64,000 nucleotides of DNA from the human T2T-CHM13v2.0 reference genome, Homo sapiens, in the NCBI RefSeq assembly GCF_009914755.1, contig NC_060933.1, one strand, 5' to 3'. Under the pieces are notes generated by a model that saw only the letters and a list, made by a program, of their open reading frames with translations, was not told where the DNA came from and did not search any database. Positions within the stretch are counted from its first letter, which is position 1. The number at the start of each line of letters is the position of its first letter. Shown here one piece after another: positions 12,781-28,012 of the stretch. The translations under genes were made by a program, and so were the position numbers.

Positions 12781-14270
12781 GAAACTGTGTCATTTTTATT
12801 ATACTGTAAGCAGATACATAAAATCTATACCAATGTTAAGAAAAATATTTAAAATTTGTAAATATTTTAAATATTTTTTAAATTAATATTTTAAACTTAG
12901 AAGTACAAAATAATATAAGAAAAATATAATCTTAAATTTAAATTTGGCATGTCTACACAAATTAATTTTAAAATTTCATTCCTTAGCTCTGTATACTGAA
13001 AGACCATTCATTAGCAGTGATCATCCCTAGATTCCCAACCTTGGTTTCTAAGTATAATTCCTCAGTAACAGGAAGAGAGTCTGTTAGAGAAGCAGGTATT
13101 TCTATTTGTAAGGCTGGAAAAGTACACAAAAAATATGGTATATTGTGTCTTACCAAAGGCAAAATAGCTTTCCAAGACTAATTTGAAGCATGTCAAAAGA
13201 CACTGGGAAGGAAGCAGGGATGGGGAGATGGAGAGAAGTTGGTCAATGGGTATTATCTTACAGTTAGATAGAAGGAATGAGTTACAATTACCTATTGAAC
13301 ACTACGGTAAATACAGTTAACAGTAATGTATTGCATTTTTCAAAAACAGCTAGAAGATGAATTCTTTGTGTGTTCTTACCACAAAGAAATGATAAATATT
13401 TGAGATAAGAGACATGCTAATTACCCTCATCTGGTCATTACACATTGTTTACGTATATTGAAACATCACACTGTACTCCATAAATACGTGTAATTATTAT
13501 GTGGCACTTAAAAATAAAACTAAATTAAAAAAAAGAAGACATAGAAGGTAAATTAAAGATACTCCCTAGCCACATTTGGCAATTAAGCACTTAAACATTA
13601 CAAAGAATGTAACTGTAATTGATTGTTATACACTAAATATATAGATACATGTCCATATTGATCCTCATGACGCAATTAAATGAAAACATATGATTCATAC
13701 AAATCCTTAATAAATAAAAGATTAAAGAATCAAAAAGAAAATAATCAAGATTATATATTGCTTTTTGTAGAATTATAGTTCATCGTAGTTCTTTTTAAAG
13801 AACATCTAAAAATTTATGTTAAGAATCTAAAGAGGTGTAAGATGTAAGAACCAAATATAATGTGTGACTTGGGTGAATGATGATTTAATAAAAGTAACTA
13901 TAAGAGGTATTTTCAGAATAATTAACAAAATTTGAGTATACACTATGTATTATTTAATATTTGAAAATTATTGTAAATTTTCTTTAGTGTGAGAATAATA
14001 TGATGATGATATAAAGAGAGACCCTGTTAGTAGATCTAAGGTGAAACATTTATGGTTGAAGTGTCATGGCCTCTGCAACTTTCTTGCAAATGGTTCAGTA
14101 AAACAAAAAAGGTGAAGATAGATGCATAGAAAAATATATAGATAGAAAAATGGATAGATAATAGATAAATAGAGCAAATTTGAAAATATTAATTGATAAA
14201 TCTAGGTGATCATTTTATTATTTTAACCTGTTCTATATTTTTGGAAATTTTTATAAGAAAAAAATACACA
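12780..14270 (+). mobile_element. L1MC4-like 3' region, interrupted by L1MA
   Basis: 'ttccttagctctgtatactgaaagacc...ccttggtttctaagtataattcctc'. Resumes after 13535 and runs to 'tctgcaactttcttgcaaatggttcag'. Confidence 0.6.
13205..13533 (+). mobile_element. L1MA (L1MA8-10-like) 3' end nested in L1MC4
   Basis: 'gttggtcaatgggt...cagttagatagaaggaat', 'ccacaaagaaatgataaatatttgag', A-rich tail. Short a(a/g)aagaca duplication on the flanks. Confidence 0.8.
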
Positions 14271-14439
14271 ATATAAATAATATACACTTCAATTAGTGTT
14301 ATTTCATCATATTTAATCTGAATAAGATAAAAAAATTAAAATATGTAAACTTTCCTTCCAGGTACCAAAAAAGCAGGTGTCTTACTCTATAAACAGTTCT
14401 TTGGAATTAAAGTTCAAGTCCATACAATAAATAGAGTCT

Positions 14440-14515
14440 TATTCACTATTGTTATTCTATTCACTATGTGCCTGACACATAGAAAGTGCTCAATAAATAG
14501 CCTAGTTGAATGGAA
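14440..14515 (+). mobile_element. L2 3' terminus
   Basis: 'gtgcctgacacatagaaagtgctcaataaata...gttgaatg'. Confidence 0.7.
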
Positions 14516-16670
14516 GTGACATAACTCTCACTTCTGACCATTTGGCTGGTCATATCTTACATGTTAGTTTGTTTTAAAAGTCATTTTTCTCAAAGCAATT
14601 AAATGGGGATTTTAGATCCAACTTGAAGAAAAAGTTACTTTCTAGTACATTGAAGTGAAAATATATCGGAACAAAAGTTACTATCAGATTTTTATTTGGA
14701 AAATAGCTTATTCAGGAGCAAGAACTGACCGAGTGTCACGCTTACAACTCACAGTATCATATATCTTAGAAAACCTCAAAATGAAATCTTCATTGATGTT
14801 AATCAGATTTTCTAGAAAAAATTCACAATTATCTTGATGAAATAAATGCATCACAGTTTTGCTTTCCTAAAACTATCATGTATATTCAAGAAAATGTTAA
14901 GTCTAATTGGTTGGTATTCTAGCAGAGTAGATGCAGTTTCTAAATTCAAGTACTTTGTCATGCCAAAGTTTCTTGGAGAAGACCCAGCTTTTGTGCTGAT
15001 TTTTGTGGTTTTTAGTAATTTTGCTTTCTTGTGCTAAGAGTCCTTGGCCTCTCTTAAAACATGTTTTAATATTGCTTTAATTGAGACTCTGACCCACAAT
15101 TCAAAAAGGGGCTCTATGTTTTTTAAAATGAAAAACACTTATAAATTTGCTAGGTCTTTTTGTTTACATTCAGAGCTATTTTTCCCCTTTAATCTTTAGT
15201 AATTTCAAGTAGTCAGTTTCAGTATCTGCTGGTTTTATTATGCCTGTTGTTTCTTTGCTGTATTTTTACTATGCTGTGACAGCACAAGAAAAATATCTGG
15301 TTTGTCTTCAGTAACAGTACAGTAAATATTCATCTAATGACAATACTAATTGCCTGCCAACACTGCTCCTTCGAACCAATCTCTGTCTCTGTCCAACTTA
15401 CTCTTCTGCAAACACACACAAACATATTAAACATATTATTATAGCTTATTTCTCTTTTTCTGAGACAGCTTTAGTTACTATACTTTCATTGTCTATTAAG
15501 GCATGTTCACTGAGGTTTTGTTACACACTGTTAGGCATAGTGGATCACATGTGAAAAAGACTTTTTTCTCACCACCTAACTGAGGTCTAGGTTTCCAAAG
15601 CCTAGGAGAGAAAATGCAGTGGGGGCCAGAAATGCTTCAGATGCAGCACAGATTGATGCAAATACATCTACATTCTGCAAATAAGCAGGTCACTTATCAA
15701 CATCAAACTCTGATCTTATATACAGTACCTGACATCATTAGCATGCCGTAAAATAATTGCATTGTATTAAAAGTCTGGTAGATGAAATGAAAGAAAAAAA
15801 TATATTATTGTTTTAAAGACAACTTTCTAAAGACAACAACAAATTAAATTTATCTGCTACAGGACTCTCCAACATAACTTAGTAGACAAGCCTGAATTTG
15901 TCAAGAATGGATTTTACATGCAGTCTTGGAGATATATTTTGCATCTGTCCATACTGTCTAGTGTCCTGGTGTTCCATAACCACTTTGTTGGAAATTTCCA
16001 TCAAAATCTGACTGTATAAATAAGTCATTACTTGAAGCTATATTAAACCTCCATATATCAACTTTTAATTCACTTTCTCCACAATATAAATCATATTTTC
16101 ATTAATTTTTGAGGCTATATTTTTAGGTTTTCATTTATGAACATTTGGCACCTATGTTGATGACCTTCCAATCTACCTTCTTTATCTTAAATTTGTGTCT
16201 CTGATACTGATCCTGCACTGGGAGTCAAAATTTGTATTTTCTTATATTAATCATACTCATTATCTTTCAAGAAAACCTGCTTCTATTTGGTTTTATCTAA
16301 CTGAGTTAATGTTATCCTTATCATTCTAATTATCCAGTAGAGAGACTTCTGACTCAGGTTTATCCCACCATCTTTCTTTATGGTACTCCATCTAGTAGAA
16401 CATAGATTTCTTTCGTGCATCCTAAAATAATCTTACTTTCTTTTTATTACATATTTACTTATTTACAAAGACATTATGACTCCTTAGAAAAATTAAAATG
16501 ACATTTTAAAGGATTATGTATACTTATATGTGGGAAAAGTAATTTTGTTTGCTTGTTTGTTCATTTAATACTGCTTAGATATTTAAACTTCTTTTAGGAA
16601 TGGAGCCATGAGACTGTCATTTTAATTGTAATCTTGATGGTATTCAGAAGATTGAGTGTGACTAGAAATA

Positions 16671-17004
16671 CAGTCACCCCCTCAGTTTGAGCAGGGGATT
16701 GGCTCCAGGACCATCACCCCTAGGAATACTGAAATCTTTAGATGATTAAGTTCAGTTCCTTATATAAAATGGCCTTTTATTTGCCTATAGCTTGTGCACA
16801 TCCTCCCATATACTTTAAATCATCTTGATTACTTATAATACCTAATAAAATGTAAATGATATATAAATAATTATTATACTGTGATTCTTTTATTTGTAGT
16901 ATTTTTATTGTTGCATTGTTATATTTATTGTTTTATTTAATACTTCTGATGTGCAGTTGGTTGAATCTGCAAATGTAGAGCCTGCAGATATGGAGGGCTG
17001 ACTG
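16671..17004 (+). mobile_element. MER2 (TcMar-Tigger non-autonomous DNA transposon)
   Basis: TIRs cagtcacccc.../...gggctgactg, TA TSDs at 16669-16670 and 17005-17006, ~335 bp, MER2 core 'cacatcctcccatatactttaaatcatct'. Confidence 0.9.
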
Positions 17005-18515
17005 TATTTTATATCTTGGTTGTGTTAAATGAGAACACTGACTATTTTGGAATACCCTAGAGATAATAACCTTGTCTATATTTCTTCAGGCTAATTTTTT
17101 CTACTCGGAAATTAAATAGTAACAAAAAAGAACATTTTCTATATGGAAAATGGTAAGCTTGTATTGATTTAGACTGAATAATAGTTAATTCACATAAAAT
17201 TTCTCCCATTATATGCAGGAAGCATAGTCTTTACTTCTAAGAAATTTTTTAAAATTTATATTTTTTGAACAACTTTTTATTACTATTAGGTATACCGTAT
17301 TTTAGATATTAGTTATAAATTTGTTACTATGGAAAAGTAAATAGCAGTCTACATTTCTGAACTCTCATGTTCAGATATTTAAATCAAGATGCAAACTACT
17401 TACTGAAACATAACTTAAGAATAGACAGTCAACACTTTATTGTTATTCTCTAAGTTGGACATTTTAAGAAAGATTGGTGGTTTTGAAGTGGCCTAAAATT
17501 TTATTTTGAGCTATTAGTTTCTTTTTCTTATTAACGTAAAAAGTCATCACTGAACAAATCCATTATATTCTCCAGCTAATTCATATCTATAAGCTATGTG
17601 GAAATTACCAGGTAGATGTGCCCATTTTCTTCTACTATTAGTGTTGTGAATAGGAGCATCAATTTGATCTCTTTAGAAAATGGTCCTTTATACTATGTAG
17701 CACATTAGCATTAAAAATATGGCATTGATGAATTCAGCTTCTATCAAAATGCACTTTGGTGTCAATGTGACCATGGTCACATACCTATAAAAAGCTCCAC
17801 TTGATTTTATTATCTCTAATTGATTTTGAGAATTTAATATCTCCAATATTTTTAAAATGTTTTCTTTCTTTTTAAAATTACTTCAACATAAAAAGAAGCA
17901 TTATGTCTCAAACATTGGAATACAAAGTTAATTTAATTTTCTTAATGAATTCCCCACATCTTCTTGTAATAACAGAAGAAAGAAACCCTAAGCCTTAGTT
18001 TAGTAATATTTTCAGAAGAGTCTATATTTCTTAACAATACACGCGAAGAATTATAAACCATTCTATTGGTGAGTTTTATTTAATTAAATCTCAACATTTA
18101 TTCATGTTTTTAGAAAAGAGGCATTTAAAATATTAGCAATGATTAGGCTTTTTAAAATCATTGAAAATTAATTCTTTAGGTTTAATATAATGACAGTCAA
18201 AGCATTAAAATAATATTCAAAATGATGAGATGTATAAATCAGAAAAGTGTTATGATAAACATTGGTATACTAGTAGAAAGTTCCATAGAAATCATATTAA
18301 ACTATTATAATGGTATAGATTTTAGATCATTTTGAGTCTTTTTTTAATGCAGTCTATTTGGAGGATTGTTCCTTGTTCTATATTTTAAGTAATATAACTT
18401 AGCCTTTGGAGAGAAAGTACAGGAAGTTAGAAGAAATAAATAAGCATAGAAGAGAAAAAAGGTAGCCAAGAGGAAATGGAGAAAGGATAGAAGGGACTAA
18501 TAATTTAAAATAATA

Positions 18516-18816
18516 GGCCGCGCATGGTGGTTCACACCTGTAATCCCAGCACTTTGGGAGGCCAAGGCAGATGGATCACCTGCAGTCAGGAGTTCAAGAA
18601 CAGCCTGACCAACGTGGAGAAACCATGTCTCTACTAAAAATACAAAATTAGCTGGGAGTAGTGGCACATGCCTGTAATCCCAGCTACTCAGGAGGCTGAG
18701 GCAGCAAAATTGCTTGAATCTGGCGGGTGGGGGTTGTGGTGAGCCGAGATCCTGCCATTGCACTCCAGCCTGGGCAACAACGGTGAAACTCCGTCTCAAA
18801 AGAAAAAATAAATAAA
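18516..18816 (+). mobile_element. Full-length AluSp
   Basis: Diagnostic 'cctgaccaacgtggagaaacc', A/TAAA tail, TSD taaaataata at 18506-18515 and 18817-18826. Confidence 0.95.
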
Positions 18817-19470
18817 TAAAATAATAAAATGGGAAAATAAATTGGGCTTTTCTATGAAAGTTAATTTTTTTTAGTTCACATATTCAAATGAATATCTTAT
18901 TTGGAATCAGTTGTATAAATACACACACGTACGCACACATATACATTCACAATTTATCTAACATGTTTTCTTTACTAGTATGAATTTCAATGGCTAGGTT
19001 TTGTAAATTATAGCTAGTTAAAATGGAATAAATTTTGTGTTAACTATCTGAATTGTTATAATTCATATATAGAAATAAGATATTTATGGCCAGTTAATGT
19101 CATTGATTTTATTTCCATATTAAGCTTAGTGTCTACCAAATGGAATTAGTGATAGAAGACCAAGCTAAAAGTTATTTATAGTAAATATTAAAACTGTCCC
19201 AATAGAATAATGTCAAATAGTGTAAATTTTTAATAGTTGAAATTTTGATACAATTGTTATAGATGATATTTTGTGAATTCTTAATACAATTTTTAATGAT
19301 ACCATGCTATATTATAGAAAATAAACATAACACTCCACTAAGAGCCTGGATATGTCTACCTGGGTTTAGATGACAGATCCTCACTGATGAAGTGTTATAG
19401 TCATTCTTTATGTATTTGCTCCTCTGCTTGAAGGGATGGTGTCTATTTGCTGTGTTTATCTTATAAAAGA

Positions 19471-19812
19471 TGGTATGCTATGAATGTTTGTGTTTCTCCA
19501 AAATTCTGTGTTGAAACCTAACTTCCAAAATGATAGTATTTTGGGAGGTGATTAGGTCATGAGAGCTCCTCTGTCATGAAAATGATTAGTACCTTTATAA
19601 AAGAGTTTTCAGGGAGGGTGTTCACCCCTTCTGCCATGTGAGGACACTTAGAAGTCTCCATCTATGAGGAATGAGTCCTCACAAGACACCAAATCTTCTG
19701 TTACTTTGATCCTGGACTACTCCGCCTCCAGAGTTGTGAGCAATAAATTTTGTTGTTTATACTTTACCTGGTCTAATGTATTTTGTTAGAGCATCCCAAG
19801 TGGACTAAGAAA
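19471..19812 (+). mobile_element. MLT1A/A0 solo LTR
   Basis: 'tgaatgtttgtgtttctccaaaattc', 'gggaggtgattaggtcatgag', 'ctgccatgtgaggacac', AATAAA, ends 'ggactaaga'. Confidence 0.88.
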
Positions 19813-20696
19813 GAAGGCAATTGGGGTAATTTCACATGAATCATTACTTTAAAAGTTACTTTATTCTTCCTCTTGGCTACTCTTCTTCTTAGCCAGTTAA
19901 AAAGTAAATTAAGAAAGCTGCACATTTAAATAAAACTCATGTATGGAATGTTACATTTTCTTATTTATTTATTTTTATTTTACATTTTAGTTTAGTATTC
20001 TAACCTGGAGATGTTACATACACTCAGTTAAAAGTTCCCAATTTTAACACTATTTACTGTAGGAACTAAGTAAATTTTAGATCATTTGGAATTTTGTGAA
20101 GTTAAATTTACTTCCTCTAAGAAAGTACATATGTTTAGTTTTTCTGGAATTAAAAAAATCCAGTCTTTTGGGCAGATTTTACTTAGCATAACATGTTCCC
20201 TAGACTGCTTTGAAACTTGGAAGATATTCCTGAACATCTCATTAGAGACAAAGTGATTCCTAGCTTTACTTGTGGGAAATACAACAACAAAAACAGAAAA
20301 TTAGATGTTTAATCCTATAGAAAGGGTATATTGGTGTTTTAGATGTAAGTATTGAAAATTTGGCAGATCTTCCAATAATTCAAAATGTACATTTTGCCAA
20401 TTTGCTTTGATATTTTGGCAGTAAGCCACTGTTTTTACCTTTGTTTTCATGTGGGCGATGTACTGAATACCATCTCTTTACAGAACATGTTACAATTAAT
20501 TCATTTCAATACAATGTAAAGAAAAAAAGACATGCTCTCAGTCCTTCATAATATTTTATGTCACAGGTTGTAGTCACAGTTAAATGTTGTGAGACAATTA
20601 CTGAATCCATGACTAAAATATTTGGATATGATTGAGCAGAAAGTTTCAGCAGTAAGTGAATTTGATGTGGTTTTCACATCAGTAAAGGTTTTCTGA

Positions 20697-22588
<1,892 letters not shown>

Positions 22589-23212
22589 AATCAATGTATT
22601 TAGCAGAGTACTGTGCACATAGAAGATAATTTAATTGGCAAATATTAACTAAAATCAATCTTAGTTAACTTAGAATTTGTGGATCATTGTACTAAACACA
22701 TTTTCAATTAGATTAAATATTCTTGCACGTTAGGTGGATTTACTAAATATTTGAGGGAAAACTGTCTACATGCTTTTCTTCTGTTGTTATTTTATAACCA
22801 TTCATCTTTCTTTTTTCCTCTATTCATTCTATAACATTCCCAGAAGCAGATATTAGTGTTTTCTGTTCTTGGATACTGGTTCCAGTAAAACTCTTATCTA
22901 ATTAAATCATATGATCACATATCTAAAAATGTGTTATAATTTGGCCCTTATATCCTAATACTGCCTCTTAATTAAGAAATAACAAGATGATCTTGTTTAC
23001 TGTTGAAAATCAATATCTCAAAAGCATACAGTAGCCTTCCTAATTTGAGCCCTTATTCCATGTGGTAGTTTAGAATATTATGACTCTTAAAGTGTGCAGC
23101 TACACACTGACTAATTTGTGTTACTTGAAGCGATTGTCATGTACAAGACAGTAAAATTGTTAGGCTACCAAAGTAATTAGCCACTATATTAGGTCTTACT
23201 AGGCAATGGTGC

Positions 23213-23317
23213 ATAGCAGATTAAAAAGAATTGGTGAACAGAATTGAATCTGCAGCTGCTCCCTAGCATCGCATAAAAAATTCACTTAGTATCTTGAAAT
23301 ATTAGGATGGGGTACAT
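23213..23317 (+). repeat. Dispersed ~105-bp direct repeat, copy 1
   Basis: Aligns by eye to 24742-24845 (ctgcagctgct..ctagcatc.cataaaaaatt..cttagtatcttgaaa.attaggatggggt.cat). Confidence 0.85.
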
Positions 23318-24741
23318 GTCTCCAGGGTGAATCTTTTGAAATATAATTCCCATTCACTGCTCTCCCCAAATCCAGGGACCCTGATTTCTCACAATGATCT
23401 TTTGAATGGCAGTACTTGAACTTCACATTCTAATACTAATGATTAATGTATAAGAGTTTTGCAGTTTAGTATCATTTTTTCCCTCCCTGAAGCTTCTTGG
23501 ATTCTGATTTCAGTAACTGATTTAACATATAAATTGGCCCAAACTTGGCAAAAATCAAGAATATTTAACAGGGCACAGATGGTGCAGCAGAAAGCAATAT
23601 CCAGAGATTTGGGTGACTCGAGTGCTCTCTAGCCCTTCACCAGCTGCTTTAGCTCAAGTGTGAATAAAGACCTTTTAGGAATCAATGAAAACGTCTCATG
23701 TTGTGCCTAAGTATTGCCCACCCAACCAAATTGACACCAAAAACAGAAACAACCATATGGTTATAAGTGTATTAGAGAAAAGTAGGTTGCAGCTTGATAC
23801 TTAAGATTAACTATGTTAACGTATTACTGCTGATGGCTTGCACATTGCATACTTCTAAAAAGCATATTAAAAAAATACTCAGCTCTGCCACACTTTGCTG
23901 TCTGTTAGATTTTTGCCTTAAATATAAAAGAAAGTAAAACAGACAACTATTGCCAAAGGCCAGAGGATAATGGAGAAGACATCCCACAGTTTCCTTCAAC
24001 AATTGAAAGGAAATCACTATCAAAAATTTTATATTTTAGCCTTGATACAATATGAACTGAAGTGAACAATTAATTTTTTTCAGTGACTAGAGGTGATGTG
24101 TATGTCTTGTCAGCTTGGAGGAAATGATCAGTGATTATACACACTGATTACACTTAACATGTGAACTTTGATACCTTTTCATGTAGCTAAAGACCTCCAG
24201 CAACTGCTTCCATTTTCAGTAGGTAAAGTTAAATAAATGGATCATTTTTCTCTACATATACATTAAAAACTTAAGCGGGCATGTTCATATAGAATATACT
24301 TCTAGCCTAGAATCTACAAATATTTTATTTTAGCCAGGTTTTATATTTTAATTTCTTATTAATCACAAGTGAGGATGTAAAAAGAACTTACTAAATAGAA
24401 AATAAAAGAAGCACTATTAAAATGCAGCAAAGGAATTGAACAAATGCGACCCTGATAGGTAAAAAGAATGACTCAAACATTTATACCACATGTATTTTAC
24501 TAAATGATAAATTTACCTTAAGAATTAAGTGTTTTAAGTTACCTATTTGTCATTATAACTGATTTATCATAATTATGTATTTATAATGATTAATCATTCG
24601 GGTATACTTATGAAAAAATAATTATATCTAAATTTCCCCACTTCTGAATTGGATTATTCTACATGTTATCTACAAGAGTACAACATGGACATGTTTTATG
24701 TTTATTTGCTCTTCCAAATGAAATTTTATATAGAAGATTAT

Positions 24742-24845
24742 ATAGAAGATTCGAAAGCATTTGCGAATGGAACTGAGACTGCAGCTGCTTGCTAGCATCC
24801 CATAAAAAATTGCTTAGTATCTTGAAAGATTAGGATGGGGTGCAT
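24742..24845 (+). repeat. Dispersed ~105-bp direct repeat, copy 2
   Basis: See copy 1. Preceded by the 12-bp tandem unit tatatagaagat x2. Confidence 0.85.
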
Positions 24846-25299
24846 TTTTAGTTGAATGCTTTATGTTGAATGTTTTATTTGAATATCATTAGGGGGCAAT
24901 AGCATGAGCCTTATCTTTAAGGATAATAAGGCAAGATAAAACTGCAAAAAGTTGGAAGCAGGTAAAAGATGCCAATAATGAGTCTGTTGTGTGTTTATTT
25001 GGGACCTTTAACTCAATCTTTTTACAAGTAAGAAAAAAGATCATATGAGGAAAAATTTTGCGCTAGAATGTGTAAGAGAATTGAAGAGATAAAATAGAGT
25101 TCAATCTTACATTTTGATTGGAAATGCATGGGTTAATTAGGAAAATAAAGAAAAGAAATAATAGAACTGAGGATGAAGTAGACTGTAATTTAGGATGTCA
25201 CTTAATTTGTGTGATTAAAAACATTAAAAATAGATCTGATGAAAATACACCACAATGGAAAAGTTATAATCACTCATCCACTTGTTAGATCTGATCTTG

Positions 25300-26423
25300 T
25301 TATCAGATCCAAAACACACTGACTCAGGTGCAGACTAGGTTCCTTGAGGAAGAACACTGCAATGCCTCCCAGTCTTTCAACAAAGGACATCAATGGTATA
25401 TTAGAAAAAAGCAGAATATTGAGACATTTTGAATTCTGTTATATGCAGAATTTGAACTGGCACTGATACCAGATATCCTAAAGTGCTATTCTGGCTTCTT
25501 GGTTATAGGGGGCCTATGAAGGCCAGGTAGTACACACAATTTTGGCACAAACATCTCACATTGGATCCAATAGTTCCACAGACCAATTTGTGCTATTTAC
25601 TTGGTACTATGATCCATAAGTAGGATGAATGCAATTAGATGGTAGCAGAATCCTCACAGTGTTTTTCTGACCTAAGATGTTAGAAAAGGCTGAGGTGAAG
25701 CTCCCCCAAAGTATTTCTCCTCTCCCCACACCAAGTTAGTTAATCATAAGTTGTACCTCCCACCTGTGAGAAACTGTTAAAATTTTCAATGTAACATGTG
25801 ACATTAAATGATGCAGAGGTTTGTGGGTCCCACTATATCCCTTTTATTTCACGTTTGCCATCAGTGCCCCCCCTATATAAAATGTGACCTAAATGAAATA
25901 CCACTTAGTCAAGTGGTATTTCCAGTTGCAGCGGCTTTGGCAAGTATGATATCTTTACTGGAGTAGAATTGCACAGCCTCTGGCTCTTGGCATGCATTGT
26001 TTTCAATTCTCATCAATTAAAATGATCAAAGTCCATTTTATGTGAGAGGTATAGCGATACACATTAATAGTCTTGCTGCAGAGTTATGTTAGCTCTGTTG
26101 ACCTCCTGTCATAATATGGTCCTTAGAAACCTTCATAGTCTTTATGGATAGAACATCATCCTGGTACATTATATTGGTGACATAATTTTAATATTGCAAG
26201 TATTCTTGATTATGATGCATGCATGCTGAAGGGTGGAAAGTGAACTCTAAATGATTAAAAAACTCATCGTATTGGTAAGGTGCCTCTAGAGACTTTAAAT
26301 GACTCTATGGTTAACTCTGTCCGTCATGAACTACCTAAACAATACTGCCACAAATAATAGGGTTTGACTGGTACAGAAGATATACTTATTGTATGATGAA
26401 ACATAAATATTCAGGATCAGTAC
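25300..26423 (+). mobile_element. Degraded class III ERV (ERVL-type) internal gag-pro-pol remnant
   Basis: ERVL-like 'gggggcctatgaaggccagg' and 'gcagaatcctcacagtg...ctgacct'. 26161-26190 translates LVHYIGDIIL, a decayed RT YIDD motif. Confidence 0.75.
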
Positions 26424-27977
26424 TGATGGCAGTGGCAGCCTGTCCAGAGTGGCCAGTGCAAAGGCATAGGCTCCAGTGAGGGAGGCATGGCTGGGGCTGC
26501 ACGCTCCATGGAGCTGGCAGCACAGGAGCCCCACCCACGTAGGCACAGCTGCAGCTGCCAAGCCATGGCTGTAGACCCAGGCATCCATGCACTCTCGGTA
26601 GCTTGGTAATCCCACCTACCCCAGCAGGCTCAGAAGTGCCTGCTCTTGCTGCCTGGATTCTCCCAGCTCCCAGTGCCCATTCCGATTTTGGAGTAAAGTT
26701 GTAGCTGAGCCTGGGCACTGTCACAACCTGGCTGAGTGTGCACACATTCATGGTGGCACTGACATGCCAGCCCTCTGCTGCCTTTGCCCCATCCAGACTT
26801 TGGGCATCAACAAGAATGGGAGGGAGGCCAAGGGAGTGATGAGGGTAGCTTGGTGCAGGCCTGAAGTTGCCGCTCGGCAGGAGCAGCCTGGGCGCGATGA
26901 ATGCCATGTGGATGGCAGCAGGAGGCAGAAAGCCTCCTGTGTGGAAAGGGGCAGATTCCAAGTGAAGCCCCACCTTCAAGCCAGGGATGGCCTGAAGCAT
27001 GGGGGCTAAGCTGTCAGTTCTGGTTAGTCTGTGGTTGGGAGTGAGAACTTATGGTGATTTTTCCAAGCCCCACTATGGCTGCCCACTGACCAATCAGCAT
27101 GTACTTTCTCCCTTTTGAAGCCCATAAAAATCCCAACTCAGCCAGACTCACAAAGATATCCCTGACAAACTGCCTGTGGATAGGAGCTATCCACTCTGGA
27201 TTTCCTCTCTGCTGAAGACTGCAGACATCGAGATGACCCATCTGTGGATAGGAGCAGCCCGCTCTGGGTTTCTTCTCCACTGAAGGCTGTAGACGCTGGG
27301 ATGACCTGTGTACACAAAGGAGCTACCCACTTTGGATCTCCTGAGTGCTATACTGTTGCTCAATAAAGCACCTCTTTACTTTGTTCACCCTCCAGTTGTC
27401 CAAATACCTCATTCTTCCTGGATTTGGGACAAGAACTTGGGACCTGCCAAATGGTGGGACTGAAAGATCTGTAACACAAACAGGGCTGAAACACACCCTC
27501 CCATCCCCTGCTTGCCATGTTGCAGGCGACAAGAAGGAGAGAACAGCTGTGGCTCTTCTGGAAGCCCAGATCTAGGGGCTCCCCAAGCCAGGGCTATGAC
27601 ATCCTCTTTGGAGCTCAGTGGTTTCTGACATCTCCAAGCTTCTGGGTACCACTGCATTCCCCTTGTCCAGAAAAGGGTGCCTACAGCAGAAGCTGCTTGC
27701 AGTGCATCTGATCCAGCTACAGGCTTGCACAGAGCCAGCATGTCTGGTTGTGCATCTTGGCCAGACCCCATACTCTCTGGCTCATGCACCCCTCACCACT
27801 CCGTGCTTGGCTCAGCCTTGAACAGATGTGGCATCTGGGCCAGTAGCATGAGCTAAGTGCAGCCTGCCAGGCCGACTGTGTGGAATGAGCCCACAGGCCT
27901 GAACAAAACTTGACAAAGGCATTACCAGCTAAAGGGGCTTCCAGCTGGGAAGGTGACACCCTAAGGATCCTGTGGCA
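26424..27977 (+). mobile_element. MER52-family (ERV1) solo LTR, ~1.55 kb
   Basis: TG...CA termini ('tgatggcagtggcagcctgtccagag' ... 'aaggatcctgtggca'), GC-rich, internal ~65-70-bp repeats, AATAAA at 27362-27367. Confidence 0.85.
27088..27130 (+). promoter_or_regulatory. LTR core promoter motifs (CCAAT box and TATA-like CATAAAA)
   Basis: CCAAT at 27090-27094 and cataaaa at 27123-27129, upstream of the LTR polyA signal. Activity not shown. Confidence 0.45.
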
Positions 27978-28012
27978 CTAACAAGTGGTTCCAGGAGGCA
28001 CAGAAAAGAATG

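Noticed and set aside
20567-20657. Possible exon (cacag|gttg...cagca|gtaagt)
   Set aside because: Weak polypyrimidine tract, an in-frame stop in the frame I tested, and no homology evidence. Splice-like motifs, also at ~9950 and ~14361, are expected by chance.
27170-27345. Repeat-spacer-like array
   Set aside because: Degenerate internal tandem repeats of the MER52 LTR with no unique spacers. The context is eukaryotic, so this is not CRISPR.
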